Shown piece after piece: positions 12,101-23,715 of a DNA stretch of 32,000 nt. The position numbers were made by a program, and so were the translations under genes. The DNA comes from Zygophlyctis sp. KS116 (lineage: Eukaryota > Fungi > Chytridiomycota): the NCBI GenBank assembly GCA_054661495.1, contig BAAFSQ010000049.1:1-32000 (forward strand), read 5' to 3'. Under the pieces are notes generated by a model. The model did no database searches. It had not been told where the DNA came from and saw only the letters and a program-made list of their open reading frames with translations. Positions within the stretch are counted from its first letter, which is position 1. The number at the start of each line of letters is the position of its first letter.

Positions 12101-15100
12101 ATTTGCAAAAACTCTCCCAGAGATTTCTGTAGTGAAACAAAAAGATTTGCGAATCTTTGCAAGGTTTCGCCTATTTCGGAAATGGAAATGACATCTAGAA
12201 TCTTTCCTGCACGATTAACTTTGGCCATTAATTGTAGAAATTCAACATTGATCGTTCGGAACCTTGTTGTTTCAATTGGGAGAATAGATCCTATTTCATT
12301 ATCGCCTGAGAATACACCCTCGAGATATATCCACTGGCGCTGAATATCAACCCAAGAATCAAAGATCATGTGAATAGTACTCAGCTTACGTTCAAGAGAA
12401 AGAGCGTCCTCTTCAAATACCGAGTAATATACAGAGTTGGTCATAGAACTGAGAGAGGATAAATGTTCTTCACAAAGAACTAATATTTCCTCAAACCCCC
12501 TTACTAATCTACATTTGTTTTGATACGGCACGAACGATAGTTCGGTGTTTGCCCATGTACTCCGCACATTCTGAAGAAAATCTTCCAAAGCAGCTTCTCC
12601 AGAAGCTGCAGACATAATTTGCTTGATCATATTCTCATTCATTATAACAGGGGCATCCCAAAAGTCTCCCAACGACAGACCAGATTTTTTTCGAAGACTG
12701 TTTATTGAAAGAATCGAATACAGCTGACTCCAGTGCCGCTCTCTAAAAACATCAGACTTAAAGTCCAGTAGAATTTGGTTGGTTTTGACCAATTCATCAA
12801 TTTTAGATGACAATGTCAAATATCCTTCATATTGCTTAACAAACGTTGGTATAGATTTCTGCAACGCTAAAATATCACACAAACTGGTCTTGAGCTTATT
12901 ATAAGAGAGAGAACTCCAAGGAGTCCCTTTAAGGTCATTAATCATTTTCCAAACTTCTCCGACTGATGACCAAGCTAACTGTAAGGCTTTAAGCTCCTCT
13001 AAAGCTACACGAAGTTCTAGATGATCATCCTCTATTAGTGCAACTCCCAGCACTTTCCGCGCATTGGAAAATAATTTGTAATCCACCGCCATCTTTTCAA
13101 ATACAACGTGATTTTCACAGAGAAAGTCTAAAGCCTTGGAATAATCATAATCCTTATCAATAGGCTTATTTTCTGACCAATACTGAAGTTGAAGACTGAT
13201 ATTTTCATTCAAATTCCTGCTCTCTTCAGAAACACGCTTCATTAACGGTCCTACATTCTCAAAAAACAATTTTACCTAGCCTTGTATCCATTAAATCCCT
13301 TCTAAGTTTTAAAACCGAAAATATTGCATTCTAGATTTAAATAAGAAAAAATACTAATTCATTATTTAGGCAATCTAGGCCGATCCATTCATTTGGATAT
13401 ACAAATCGTTGCTTTTTCAAGAGCTTGTCAGAAGCATCAAACTCTTTAAAATCTGCCATCCAGACATGCTCATTTGCGGCCATTTCTTGTAGGTAGACTA
13501 TTGATGATACATCATCTTGTATCGAAAAAGAATCAAAATTCAGCTTTTCCAATCCTTCCCTCGCCGTTTGTAAATCAATTAAGAATCGTTTTGCCTTGGT
13601 TTGCAATATCTCTCCAAAAGCTTGCAAGATTCGATTGTGCCAAGTCACGAATTTATTATGGACTTTAGAAGCTACTATCCCCTATAATAGTTATAACGAC
13701 AATTAATTACGTGTTTGATCAAAACTGGCCCAAAACATTGTGAGTTTTCTTCGCTATCCATCATAAGTCGCGCCTCTTGAATTTCAGAAACTAATAATGC
13801 CCAGCGATCGATATCTAGTCCAAGATTTGAATAGACCATTTCAGGGCTCAAATCCCAAAGGCTTTGATAGTTGAACCATTTAGCGGTAAATATTGATATA
13901 GATGAAACAAGATCTTCCACTTTGCCATATGCATTTAGTAAAATAGTCTCCGGGATCATGAGCATCTGATTTATTTTAGAGAAATTATATCAACTTACAA
14001 GATTAGAATAATTTTTGTATTTATGACAAACAATTCTGTCCATTTGCTCATAATTTGATCTATGTAATCTAGGAAGGGAACAGACAGTGTCTAAAAATTA
14101 AATGATTTGTAAAGACAAACCTACAATGTCCTCTAACAAGCCAAAAAAATGAATTCTGCAGTATTCTAGAGGAGGCTCTAGTGATATACTTTGATTCTTG
14201 ATCCTAAACTCAAATTCAAGATGGGACGATTCATGGGATTCTAGTTTCCAGTACTATTAAAATTAAGTAAGTAGAACTACCTGCAATTCCGACTCTAACC
14301 TTTTTCTCAGTATTTGCTGAATCTCAGAATCCAGCTGAGTCACCCAAAAAGATATATTAGAGCATCCTTCTAGCGCAACATCATCAATCTGTTATTTTTA
14401 GTAGCTAATATTTACTATCTTTTGACAACGCGTGATGTTCTGAAGTAAATCAGATTTTCTGAAATTGCATATAATTAAATTTTGAAGACACAAACGAACT
14501 CCTTCCCATAATTTAACAATTCTTTTTACGCGAGTTGTAATGTTTGAAACCGACGTCGATAATTCTTTTACGAAATTCGTAAACCGATTCTCATCCGCTC
14601 CAGTAATTCGGGAATCATACTATGGTCATACTGACAAATTACTTACAATGTTAACAAAAAATTCCCATTTCAGTTTGGATCCCCCATTCACTAATAAATC
14701 ACGGATCTCTTTCCTCCAATTTTCGACTAATGGAATTATATCCGAATATTTTTCCACCGTTTTTGACATTTTTTCGTACTCCTGTATAGTTTCCGTTAAA
14801 GAGATCACGAATGGCTGAATTCGTGCAGAATCCCGACCCAGAGACATAATACTATGTGGTATTTGAAATCCTAGCGAAATCAAAAGCCTTACTTCTTTAA
14901 ATAATTCACAAAGTTTGGGATCGAAGTGCACTTTGAGATGCATTTTTTTATCTATTAAGTGTAAGCCAACAAATAGCAAACCTTTGTCCCTAGTATCTTT
15001 TACCACCTGGAATACAGAGCCGGTAACAGAGTAATTAGCAGAGATAACTTCATTCATCCAATTTTTGAATGTCATACCAACATCCAGCTTTTGTTGGAAT

Positions 15101-17036
15101 GCTAAACTCTCTTCTTTTATTTTCTGGCCTTCAGTGTATAAGTCCCAATCGTCTCCAAGCACATTCTGCACTCGTTTCAAATACATTACTAGATGTTCAT
15201 TCAGCTGCCTCGCCCACATTATTTTTCCCGACACAATTGGAACATCTAAATGAGAATTCATTCTAGCGGCACTAGTATTTTGATATTCTTTCTTAAATTT
15301 ATCATGTAACTAATGGTCATTTACAAGGGAAAAACCTTATTAATATCTTCCTTCACTCCCTCCAATAATTGTGCCTGATATTCATGAACAGCCCCACGAA
15401 TTTTCGGTCGTATAAACAGTGAGCTATCATGATAAACATAAAGAAACATACTTGAATTTAGAAAATACTCTAAGCATGTCTTTTGTATTCTTTACAAGGT
15501 CCAATTTATCTCTTAAATTGATGATGATTTCATTTTCGACTCTTGAAACTTTTTCATTGTAGGCTTTTTCTGCTACAACCCAGGCGTCCGTTCCGTCATT
15601 AGTCAAGTTGAGAGCTTCAACATGCTTTACACGTTCATAAGCAAGACTGATGTCTTCAAGAGCATGAGAATTGGATGATATTGTTTCTCCTAAAGCCAAA
15701 GCTTTAGCAAATATAGAAAAAAGCTGTTCGTGTTGCTTCCTAAAACTATAAATGAATTCCAATCGTTCCTGAAGCTTATTATGAGCAGCATTAATTTTGA
15801 TAGCTATTATTAAAGATTCATATAAAGTTACGTATAAACTTATCTCCTCTTTTTCTTGTTAATTCTCTCGCTACAGAAATGAATTCCTTCACATTTTCAT
15901 CCCAAATATCAATTGTCCCACAAACTCCGTGATAAACTTCAATAAAATCTTGAAATCTTTGATGCATCAACTTTTTTTCCTCTAATATCTTGATGAGTTG
16001 ATCATTTAAATCCTTGGAAATAGCTTCAACAAATTGTAATGCCCTTTTGATGGGATACTGAGATATTCTCAACTTTTTATTCAAGTGAGAAAAAATAAGT
16101 TCCACTGCATCACCAACTTTTCCGAAATCTGAAGCGGAAAGAAGTTCATTTATTGGAAAATCCTAATTGGTAAATTTCAAGTAAACAGTACCTTGAGAAG
16201 CAAATTAAACTTTTGTACTTTTTCTGTAGCCTCCTTCAACCCGGTATCAGCCAAAAAAGATACTGTTACATGATATCTCTTTGCATATTTTAATATATCT
16301 AATGTGAGACTAACCCCTACGGTCTGCAAACTTTTTTCGGTATTTAGAAGCACGCCTAAATTATTAAAATCGGACTCGTAATTAAACCCCAAAAAAACAA
16401 TAAATTACCTTCTAAATTTCCCCAAAACATTATTTCTGAGATAGCAGTTCCTTGCATTTCCCTTGAAAGGCTTGTAACCTTTTGAATCTCCTTTATCCAA
16501 GTATTAACGTGTCCCTGTAGTCTATTTAAAAATGAAGAATCTTCTAAAAGTGGCCCCAATTGTTCAACACAGGTCTTACCATTACTTATTAGCAGAGATA
16601 TTTGATGATCAACATCTAGTTGTACATTCGGCAACTGTTCTTCATTCAATGACGATAATGATAATTCAAGTTCAGTACATTTTTTCTTTGCTAGAGCCAC
16701 TGGTTTTGAGTCACCAGTCAATGAAAGTATTGGATTCATGGCCTGTACCATACACGAGAGCGTTGAACAGGTAGCTTGAGTGTCCTGAGTGTCTGGCAAA
16801 TGAATCAACTGTAAGAGTGAGCTCCAATCACCATTTCCGGACAAAATAGGAGAACGTTTTGCAACTACAAGAGCTAGATTTGTCACTGGTGCTAAATGAC
16901 ATTCAAAAGACTTGGAAATGTACAGATACTTAGTCTGCGGATTAGAGAAACTCTCAATTATTTCATGGTCAATCTTTAATTCAGATCCATACAGGCAAAA
17001 AACAATGTCTGAGAGGAATTCAGAAAGTCCCTTCAT
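3103..17036 (-). CDS. DYNC1H1: Cytoplasmic dynein 1 heavy chain, ~4404 aa, 25 introns
   Basis: Four P-loops ([32 protein letters not shown]), [23 protein letters not shown] and a stalk/MTBD ([11 protein letters not shown]). Introns (+ coordinates): 3351-3376, 3659-3683, 3993-4022, 5064-5093, 6542-6570, 8215-8239, 8885-8914, 9069-9094, 9966-9993, 10843-10869, 10956-10982, 13251-13275, 13331-13354, 13682-13710, 13966-13998, 14091-14120, 14254-14280, 14389-14415, 14620-14646, 14952-14981, 15310-15335, 15424-15451, 15804-15831, 16163-16191, 16356-16408. Removal leaves 13215 nt = 4405 codons. Confidence 0.96.
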
Positions 17037-17072
17037 ATTTAATAAATCGATTTTAAAATATCGCGAAGTTAC

Positions 17073-18570
17073 TTAATTAAGTAAGCACTCCTTTATAGAA
17101 TTTACAGCAGCAGACTGAATACGAGATTCAGAGAGTATTGAGAGCTTATTTAAAGCCTCAGAGATCATTGTTTCCCTTTTGAATAGATTCCTCTTTGCAT
17201 TTTCATTAGATTCTAAAACTAGAGAAAATTCGGTTTTGATCTTTTCTAGTTTAGCATTAGCTTCACAGAGAGCTTTATTCTTGAGATCAAGAGTATTTTC
17301 TAGTTCCTGAATTCTGGATTTAGTATCCATATTTGCACGTCTCTTTAATGCTTGATTTAGTACAAGTAATTTTTCAAGTTTAGATTCTAAAACTGTACTT
17401 GTATCTTGAAAAGAAGAGACTTGATCTTTTAATCCTTTAAATTCATGTATAGCAGATTTCATTTTAGAATCTAAGGATTCCTTTAGCTGAGCAAAGGTTT
17501 TTATATGACTCTAAAGATTTAAAAAAGATAATATTACAGCATCAATTCCATGTTTCATAAAGAGATCTAGACTTTTATTTACATCTACAAGAGCTGTATT
17601 TCTTTCTTTGAGTTCAAAAATATATCTAAAAATTAGTAAATAAGATGTGACCTCTTCTTCATTTTTTCAAATACTTGTTCCTTTTCTCCAAAATCCTTTA
17701 ATAGAGTCTCCAACTGCAAGATTTTAGAGTCTTTTTCTTCCAAACATTTTTCTGATTCCTTACTAGTCTCTTGAATTAGAGTCTCCAACTGCAAGATTTT
17801 AGAGTCTTTTTCTTCCAAACGTTTGTCTGATTCCTTACTAGTCTCTTGAATTAGAGTCTCCGACTATAGTTTAAGACTAGAAAAAATATTACCTTGAGTT
17901 TACTTATCCTATTTTCTAAAGATGCAATGAGAGCAGAATTTTCCTCTTGAAGTAGTAAAAGTGCTTGATTTTCCTCTTGTATTTCTTGAAATCTCTTTTC
18001 TTGCTGTAAAACTTGAAGAGATCTATCCTTTATATCCTCTTTCAGACTTGAATTTTCATTTACAAACTCTTTTCTAGACTCTACAATTTCCATTTGCAAC
18101 TCCTGAATTTGAAAAACAAGTTTTGAGTTTAATTCCCATAATTTTTCCAATTCTTCCCTTAATGCGGTACCAGTTGTATCTAGAGCCATCAGAGTCATGT
18201 TCTTTTCTTCCTCTTCATATTTAATAAATATAGTCATTGCATCAATAGTTTTTTCCTTTGAATGTATTAAACTTGCCAAATGTAAATTATCATTTTCCAA
18301 TTCCTTGTATTTTTCAATAAATTCTTCCTGAGAGTAAAAGTCCTGTAGAGACTGTAATTCACTTAATTCATTTAGTAATTGATTCTTTTGAATTTCTGAT
18401 TCTCTTAAATTTGATTTTAATTGAGAAATCTGCTCAATATAGTCAATTTGACCGTCATTTAATGTCTCTGACAACAAATATATTCTCATTTTAAGTTCAA
18501 AGTTTTCCTTTTTCAAAGAATCAAAGAGAGTTTCCTTTTGTAATAATCCCAATTCCTCATTCTGTAACAT
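17073..18570 (-). CDS. Centrosomin N-terminal motif (CM1) coiled-coil protein, Mto1/CDK5RAP2-like gamma-tubulin complex receptor, ~471 aa, 3 introns
   Basis: N-terminal LFDSLKKENFELKMRIYLLSE matches the CM1 consensus LKKENFxLKLRIYFLEE, and the rest is E/K/L-rich coiled coil. Introns 17864-17892, 17626-17651 and 17511-17537 give 472 codons. Confidence 0.8.
17703..17861. repeat. 75-nt coding tandem repeat (2 copies + 9 nt) encoding ETLIQETSKES(D/E)K(R/C)LEEKDSKILQL
   Basis: Units start at 17703, 17778 and 17853. The two full copies differ at only 2 positions. Confidence 0.95.
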
Positions 18571-18591
18571 TTGATTATTTTTTGATAAAAA

Positions 18592-19069
18592 TTAAATCCA
18601 CGATGCCTCTACAGACTCTTTGACTCTCTTGACATATTCCTTTTTATTATCTGTAAATAGTCTTGCAGCCTCTGCATTAGCAGGAGAGTTTGGATTTGGA
18701 TCATGTAAAAGAGATTGAACAGATGTCAGAATTGCTGATACATCATAAGTAGGAGACCATCTATTCTGTAGTATATCAAGACATAAATCCCCATTTGCAT
18801 ACACATTAGGATGAAATATAGATGATAGAAATTTAACATGAGGTGGTTTAGTGGGATAAGATTCATCAAAGGTTAAAAGTAATTTAAAAGTTCCATCTTC
18901 AAAAGGAGTCTCTTCTGGACCAAAAATAACTGCATTCCAGACTAGTACATTATCCTAAAAAATTAGAATTTCAAGTTACAGGACATGGAGCTCCCGAAAT
19001 TCCTTCAGGGGGATCAGACTGGAGTCTTTTGAAATCTCTCATTAATCGTCTCTTTGCTGGAGTTGACAT
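18592..19069 (-). CDS. RAD6: Ubiquitin-conjugating enzyme E2 Rad6/UBE2A-B, 150 aa, 1 intron
   Basis: [21 protein letters not shown]..., [25 protein letters not shown]. Intron 18955-18979 (25 nt) gives 151 codons. Confidence 0.97.
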
Positions 19070-19083
19070 TTATCTAGGAATTC

Positions 19084-19091
19084 TAGGGTTT
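19084..19091 (-). promoter_or_regulatory. AAACCCTA (telo-box-like) motif in the 76-nt divergent RAD6/POLG spacer
   Basis: TAGGGTTT on + lies 14 nt upstream of the RAD6 ATG. The same motif occurs at two other divergent promoters in the window. Confidence 0.5.
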
Positions 19092-19145
19092 ACATTTGCA
19101 AAGTAGATTTGGGGTTGCGTGTTCTCAAAAGAGTTTTGACACAAT

Positions 19146-22100
19146 ATGAATCCACTAGGAATACAAATACTCAAAGACTCTATTTCTAAATTTATATTTC
19201 CAAAACCATTGGTTCCAGACATAAAAAAAATTAATCTTTCTAAAAAACACTTGCAAGAGTTTGGACTATTAAATAAGAATTTAGATCCACTTCCTGAACT
19301 CAAGGGACTAGAGGGGATTTTAGAATTTTTAACGCCAAGAAAAAAAGAGTCATGTATAGGAATGAAGCAGTTTTTTAAGATTCTAGGAAGAGAACAGTCT
19401 GACGGTAAAAGGAAAATATTATTGGATTTAGCTGGTTCTAAAATTCCTGAAATTCCAAACAAATTCAAGTTGCAATCTGGTTGGACTAGATACTCTAATG
19501 AATTGGAAAATTTTAAAATTTCAAAAGTATTACATCCCTTGGAGGAGTCTCTGGTTTTTGATACAGAGGTTCTCTATAAAATTTCACATTTTCCTGTAAT
19601 TGCATCGGCTGTGTCGCAAAAGGCTTGGTATATATGGCTTTCTCCAGAGTTATTTTCAGACTCGATAGCGGATATAGAGTCTAGAGATAAATTGATTTCT
19701 TTAGGTGACTCAAAAGTAATAGTAGGACATCATGTTGCTTTTGATAGAGTTAGGATTAAAGAGGAATACGCTTTAAAGGATTCTAATCTCACATTTTTAG
19801 ATACAATGAGTTTGCATGTTACAATTGGTGGTTTATCAAGTCAGCAAAGAGGTTCTTGGATGAAATATAAAAAGGAATTAGAATTAATGGATTTATCCTT
19901 GGTAAAAAAAGAAAAAGATTGGAAAGATGTTGGAGCTCCTAATAATCTGCAAGATATTTATAAATTATATACTGGGAAATATTTATCAAAAGAAGTTAGA
20001 TCAGAGTTTGATGGGACAGATATAAAGAAAATATCAGAGCCAGAAACTTTACAAAGGTTAATTAGGTATTGTGCTTCAGATGTACAAGCAACACATGAAT
20101 TACTATCTGTACTATTGCCCAAATTCATACAAAAATGTCCACATCCAGTTTCTTTTGCCGGAGTTTTGCACATGGGAAAAGGTTATTTAACGGTTACAAA
20201 GGACTGGGATCAATTTATCAAAGATGCAGAAAAAAAGTGTGATGAATATCAGTCTTTAATAGAGAAAAGATTGACTTCTCTGGCTTATAAGGCCTTGGAG
20301 ACCCCTCTTTCAGAAATTTCTGATGATCAATGGCTAAGACATTTAGATTGGGAAATAAAGACACCGAGGAAGAAAGATCCAATTCCGTTTAACTTTTTAA
20401 TTCCTGCAGCTCAAAAATCAGCATTGGCTTTGGCACCAAAATGGTACAAGGACTTGTGGGACTCTAAATTAAAGCGAGTTCGTATTACTACTAGCAAGCG
20501 AGTTTCGCCTTATCTGCTCAAGTTGGAATGGAAAGGTTTCCCAATCTGTTATTCTTCTATTTATGGCTGGATGTATAGAGTTCATATGTCTGATGCAACA
20601 AAATTAATGGGTAAACCGCTTGTATTTGACACTGATGAAACTTCAGATACATTTGATCCGATAGCTTCTCTGGATAATGAGAATTATTATTTCCAAGTGC
20701 CTCATCCTGACGGGGAGGGCAAGAACTGTGGTAATCCGTTATCAAAGAATTATCTTTCTGCTTTTGAAGACGGAACACTTAGTTCTGCTTATTTGGATGC
20801 TAAAGAAATTCTCAGGTTGAATGCACAGTGCTCATATTGGGTTAGTGCGCGGCAAAGAATTAAAGATCAATTTGTGGTATGGAATGATTCCAATAATTCT
20901 TTAATTGGTGATATATCTGCTCCGGATGGATCGAAAGTTGGCGTGATTCTCCCTCAATCTATAACCATGGGAACTGTGACTAGGAGAGCTGTTGAAGCAA
21001 CTTGGATGACTGCTGCCAATGCGAAAGAGAATCGGATCGGATCAGAACTAAAAAGTCTAGTAAAGGCTCCAAAAGGTTATAGATTTGTTGGAGCGGATGT
21101 AGATTCACAAGAGCTATGGATTGCATCACTTCTAGGTGATGCACAATTCGGTATACACGGAGCATCTGCCATCGGTTTTATGACATTGCAGGGTACAAAG
21201 CATCTTAAGACCGACTTGCATTCAGTCACAGGCGCAATCATAGGAGTTTCGAGAGATTCAGCAAAAGTGTTCAACTATAGTCGAATATACGGTGCTGGAA
21301 AGCAACATGCTTGCCAATTACTCTTAAAAAATAATCCAAGTATGGTCAGAAAGGAAGCAGAAAGAAAAGTCGCACAATTGTATAAACAGACAAAAGGTCA
21401 AAAATATAATATTCAAAGAAAAACTATACCTATTGGTATTCCCAAGCAGTTTTGGTTCGGAGGTTCCGAATCATTTATGTTTAATGCCATGGAAAAAATT
21501 GCTACTTCTCCCAATCCGAAAACTCCTGTTCTTGGATGTGAAATACCAGACTCCCTTTTGCCTGAATATGTTGGAACTAATGTATGTTTTTTAAAATTAA
21601 TCTCCTAGTTTATGACTAGTAGAGTAAATTGGGTGGTACAATCGTCCGGTGTCGACTATTTGCATTTGCTCTTGGTTGCAATGTCATATTTATTTCGCCG
21701 CATGCAAATTGATGGACGGTTTTTGGTTAGCATTCATGATGAAGTTCGGTTTCTTGTGAAAGAAGAGCATAGTTTTCGGGCTGCTTTAGCACTTCAGTTA
21801 GCTAATCTTTGGGTGCGAGCTCTATTTGCTGAAAGTGTTGGAATTTCTAATTTACCACAAGTATCATTTTCTTACATTAACCTTAGAATGTTGCATTTTT
21901 CTCAAGTATAGATGTAGATCATGTCCTTCGAAAAGAGATTGACGTGTCTTGCGTGACACCATCAAATCAAGTCCCTATCTCCAATGGGCAATCTCTAGAT
22001 ATTTATCAAATTTTAAATCATTTTTCAAGTACAGATGTAGAGTCTGTTTTTGGTCAAGAATTAGAATCGGTCAAGGCGCTCTTGAATGAAAATTTGGAAG

Positions 22101-22261
22101 ATGATTCCGAACCTGTTCCGACTCATGGAACAAATTGGATAGAAATTCAAATGGCCAAATCAGCATATGATTTGGATAAACAACTTTCACCGCGGATTTC
22201 CAAAAGAGGATTTTTAGAAAAAACAAATGTTATGAATGAAAATGTTGATAAATGTTTATAA
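19146..22261 (+). CDS. POLG: Mitochondrial DNA polymerase gamma (Mip1), ~1020 aa, 2 introns
   Basis: Exo motifs [17 protein letters not shown] and YCASD. Pol motifs [24 protein letters not shown] and SIHDEVR, plus [21 protein letters not shown]. Introns 21582-21608 and 21861-21886 give 1021 codons. Confidence 0.96.
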
Positions 22262-22313
22262 TACAATATAAAAAGGATTAAACTCTATCGGATTATAAAT
22301 CGGAAGATTTCCC

Positions 22314-22751
22314 ATGAATATTCTGCTAAATGAGGCACTTTTGGACACCAAACAAATTAGTAATGCAGCAATCATAAGATCCAAAGATGGGAATATCAGA
22401 GCAAAATCTCCAAATTTCTCAGTAATCAACTGCCCTAATTTTTAGATTTCCCCTGAAGAATATAAACTGATTTGTAATGCATTTGAGAACCCAAAACATG
22501 TCCGATCTACAGAAAATGGAATATATTTTATGGATATTCCATATAAAGCGATCCGAGCAGATACTCAAAGTGTCTATGGAAAGAATGCAGTACTTTAACG
22601 ATTTTAAAACTAGGAATCTAAATCAGGAATCATTATATGCAAAACCCATGGACTATACATTCTTGGAACTTATGATCAAAGTATGTTTGCAAGTGTGGCA
22701 GTTGAGGCTGTAGAGAAATTAGCAGAATATTTTAGGAAGAAGAATAAGTAA
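22314..22751 (+). CDS. PFN4: Profilin, PFN4-like, 129 aa, 2 introns (absent from the ORF track)
   Basis: Spliced product MNILLNEALLDTKQISNAAIIRSKDG...GIYFMDIPYKAIRADTQSVYGKN...SGIIICKTHGLYILGTYDQSMFASVAVEAVEKLAEYFRKKNK resembles profilin-4 as recalled ([40 protein letters not shown]). Introns 22422-22445 and 22590-22613 are both 24 nt. Confidence 0.85.
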
Positions 22752-23586
22752 TACATTTTCTTGCAAGCCAATATCCGATCCAATAAAAATCCCATTGTCC
22801 GGTTTCTTTTGCTAAATCTGACCATGTCTGATAAACTTGTGGCGGAATAGAATGACAAGTCTCTATAATCTTGAATAAATACAACAGGCCCACTTCTTTT
22901 CCAGCCTTTATCTTTTCCGATTTAAGACTAAATCTGCTCGGACCATGATAAGGATCCAACTTTAATACCTTTTGATAAGAGTCTACTGATCCCTTAACTT
23001 GAGCATTTAACGCCCAAGAATGAATACAATTAGGATATTTTGATACTAGTTTTAATAGCTCTGTCTGAATGCATCCATGATCAACATTTCGCGATATCAA
23101 GAGTTGAATCAAATCCAGTCTTGTACTTAAAGACTCTTGAATTTCCAATGAGTGCTCATAATATTCATTGACCCCTTCCAAGCTCTTTCCTTGCAAAGCC
23201 AAACAATACCCAACTTCTTTCAACCAAAACCATTGATCAGAGTCTGTAATTTTAGAGAATAGAATTGCCATTTCTAAACACTTTTCTAAATCTCCATTCC
23301 CCATCATAAGTTTATATATTTCCTGTATTTTTATTTCATGAATTTTACCATTGATAGCCCTGTTGATTTAATTTCCTGTATATCCAGAGGCATTGGCAAA
23401 GAGTAAAAATCCTTTACTAATTTCCCATTAATCTTGTGAAAACATTTAATGGCCAATTGCCACATTATCTGATATTACTTTTTAGTTTTTTACTTTATCA
23501 AAAGGATTCCTAACTAGACCTTGAAATGATTCTCTTAATGCTTCAGAATATCTTCTTGTCCGATACAGATGGTAGACTCTGTCCAT
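22732..23586 (-). CDS. Divergent, shortened BBS8/TTC8-like TPR protein, ~267 aa, 2 introns
   Basis: YRTRRYSEA...RNPFDKIMW, DLEKCLEMA...DQWFWLKEVGYC, KYPNC and YQKVLKLDPYH parallel recalled BBS8 blocks (FRRRKFQLC..SPYDQAAW; DVKTALDLA..KDWWWKVQIGKC; KFPGE; YKEVLKQDNTH). Introns 23469-23493 and 23323-23348. Confidence 0.6.
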
Positions 23587-23715
23587 TATTCCTGCGCGTT
23601 TTCTTCAATTAGCACATTCACCGATTGCAAGTAACAGTAAGTAGGTAGTTCAAAAACTCTAAAAAAATTGGAAAAAATCATTGATTATATAATGCTTCCA
23701 AGAATGTATAATTCT

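Noticed and set aside
3103-17036. Dynein (and other genes) as frameshifted pseudogenes or sequencing errors
   Set aside because: Every break coincides with a GT...AG segment whose removal restores frame and conserved motifs, and spliced lengths are divisible by 3.
22587-22613. Possible GC-AG intron in the profilin gene
   Set aside because: A canonical GT 3 nt downstream gives an in-frame 24-nt intron, so the non-canonical site is not needed.
22477-22713. 78-aa ORF listed in the track
   Set aside because: Wrong frame. The region is exons 2-3 of the PFN4-like gene.
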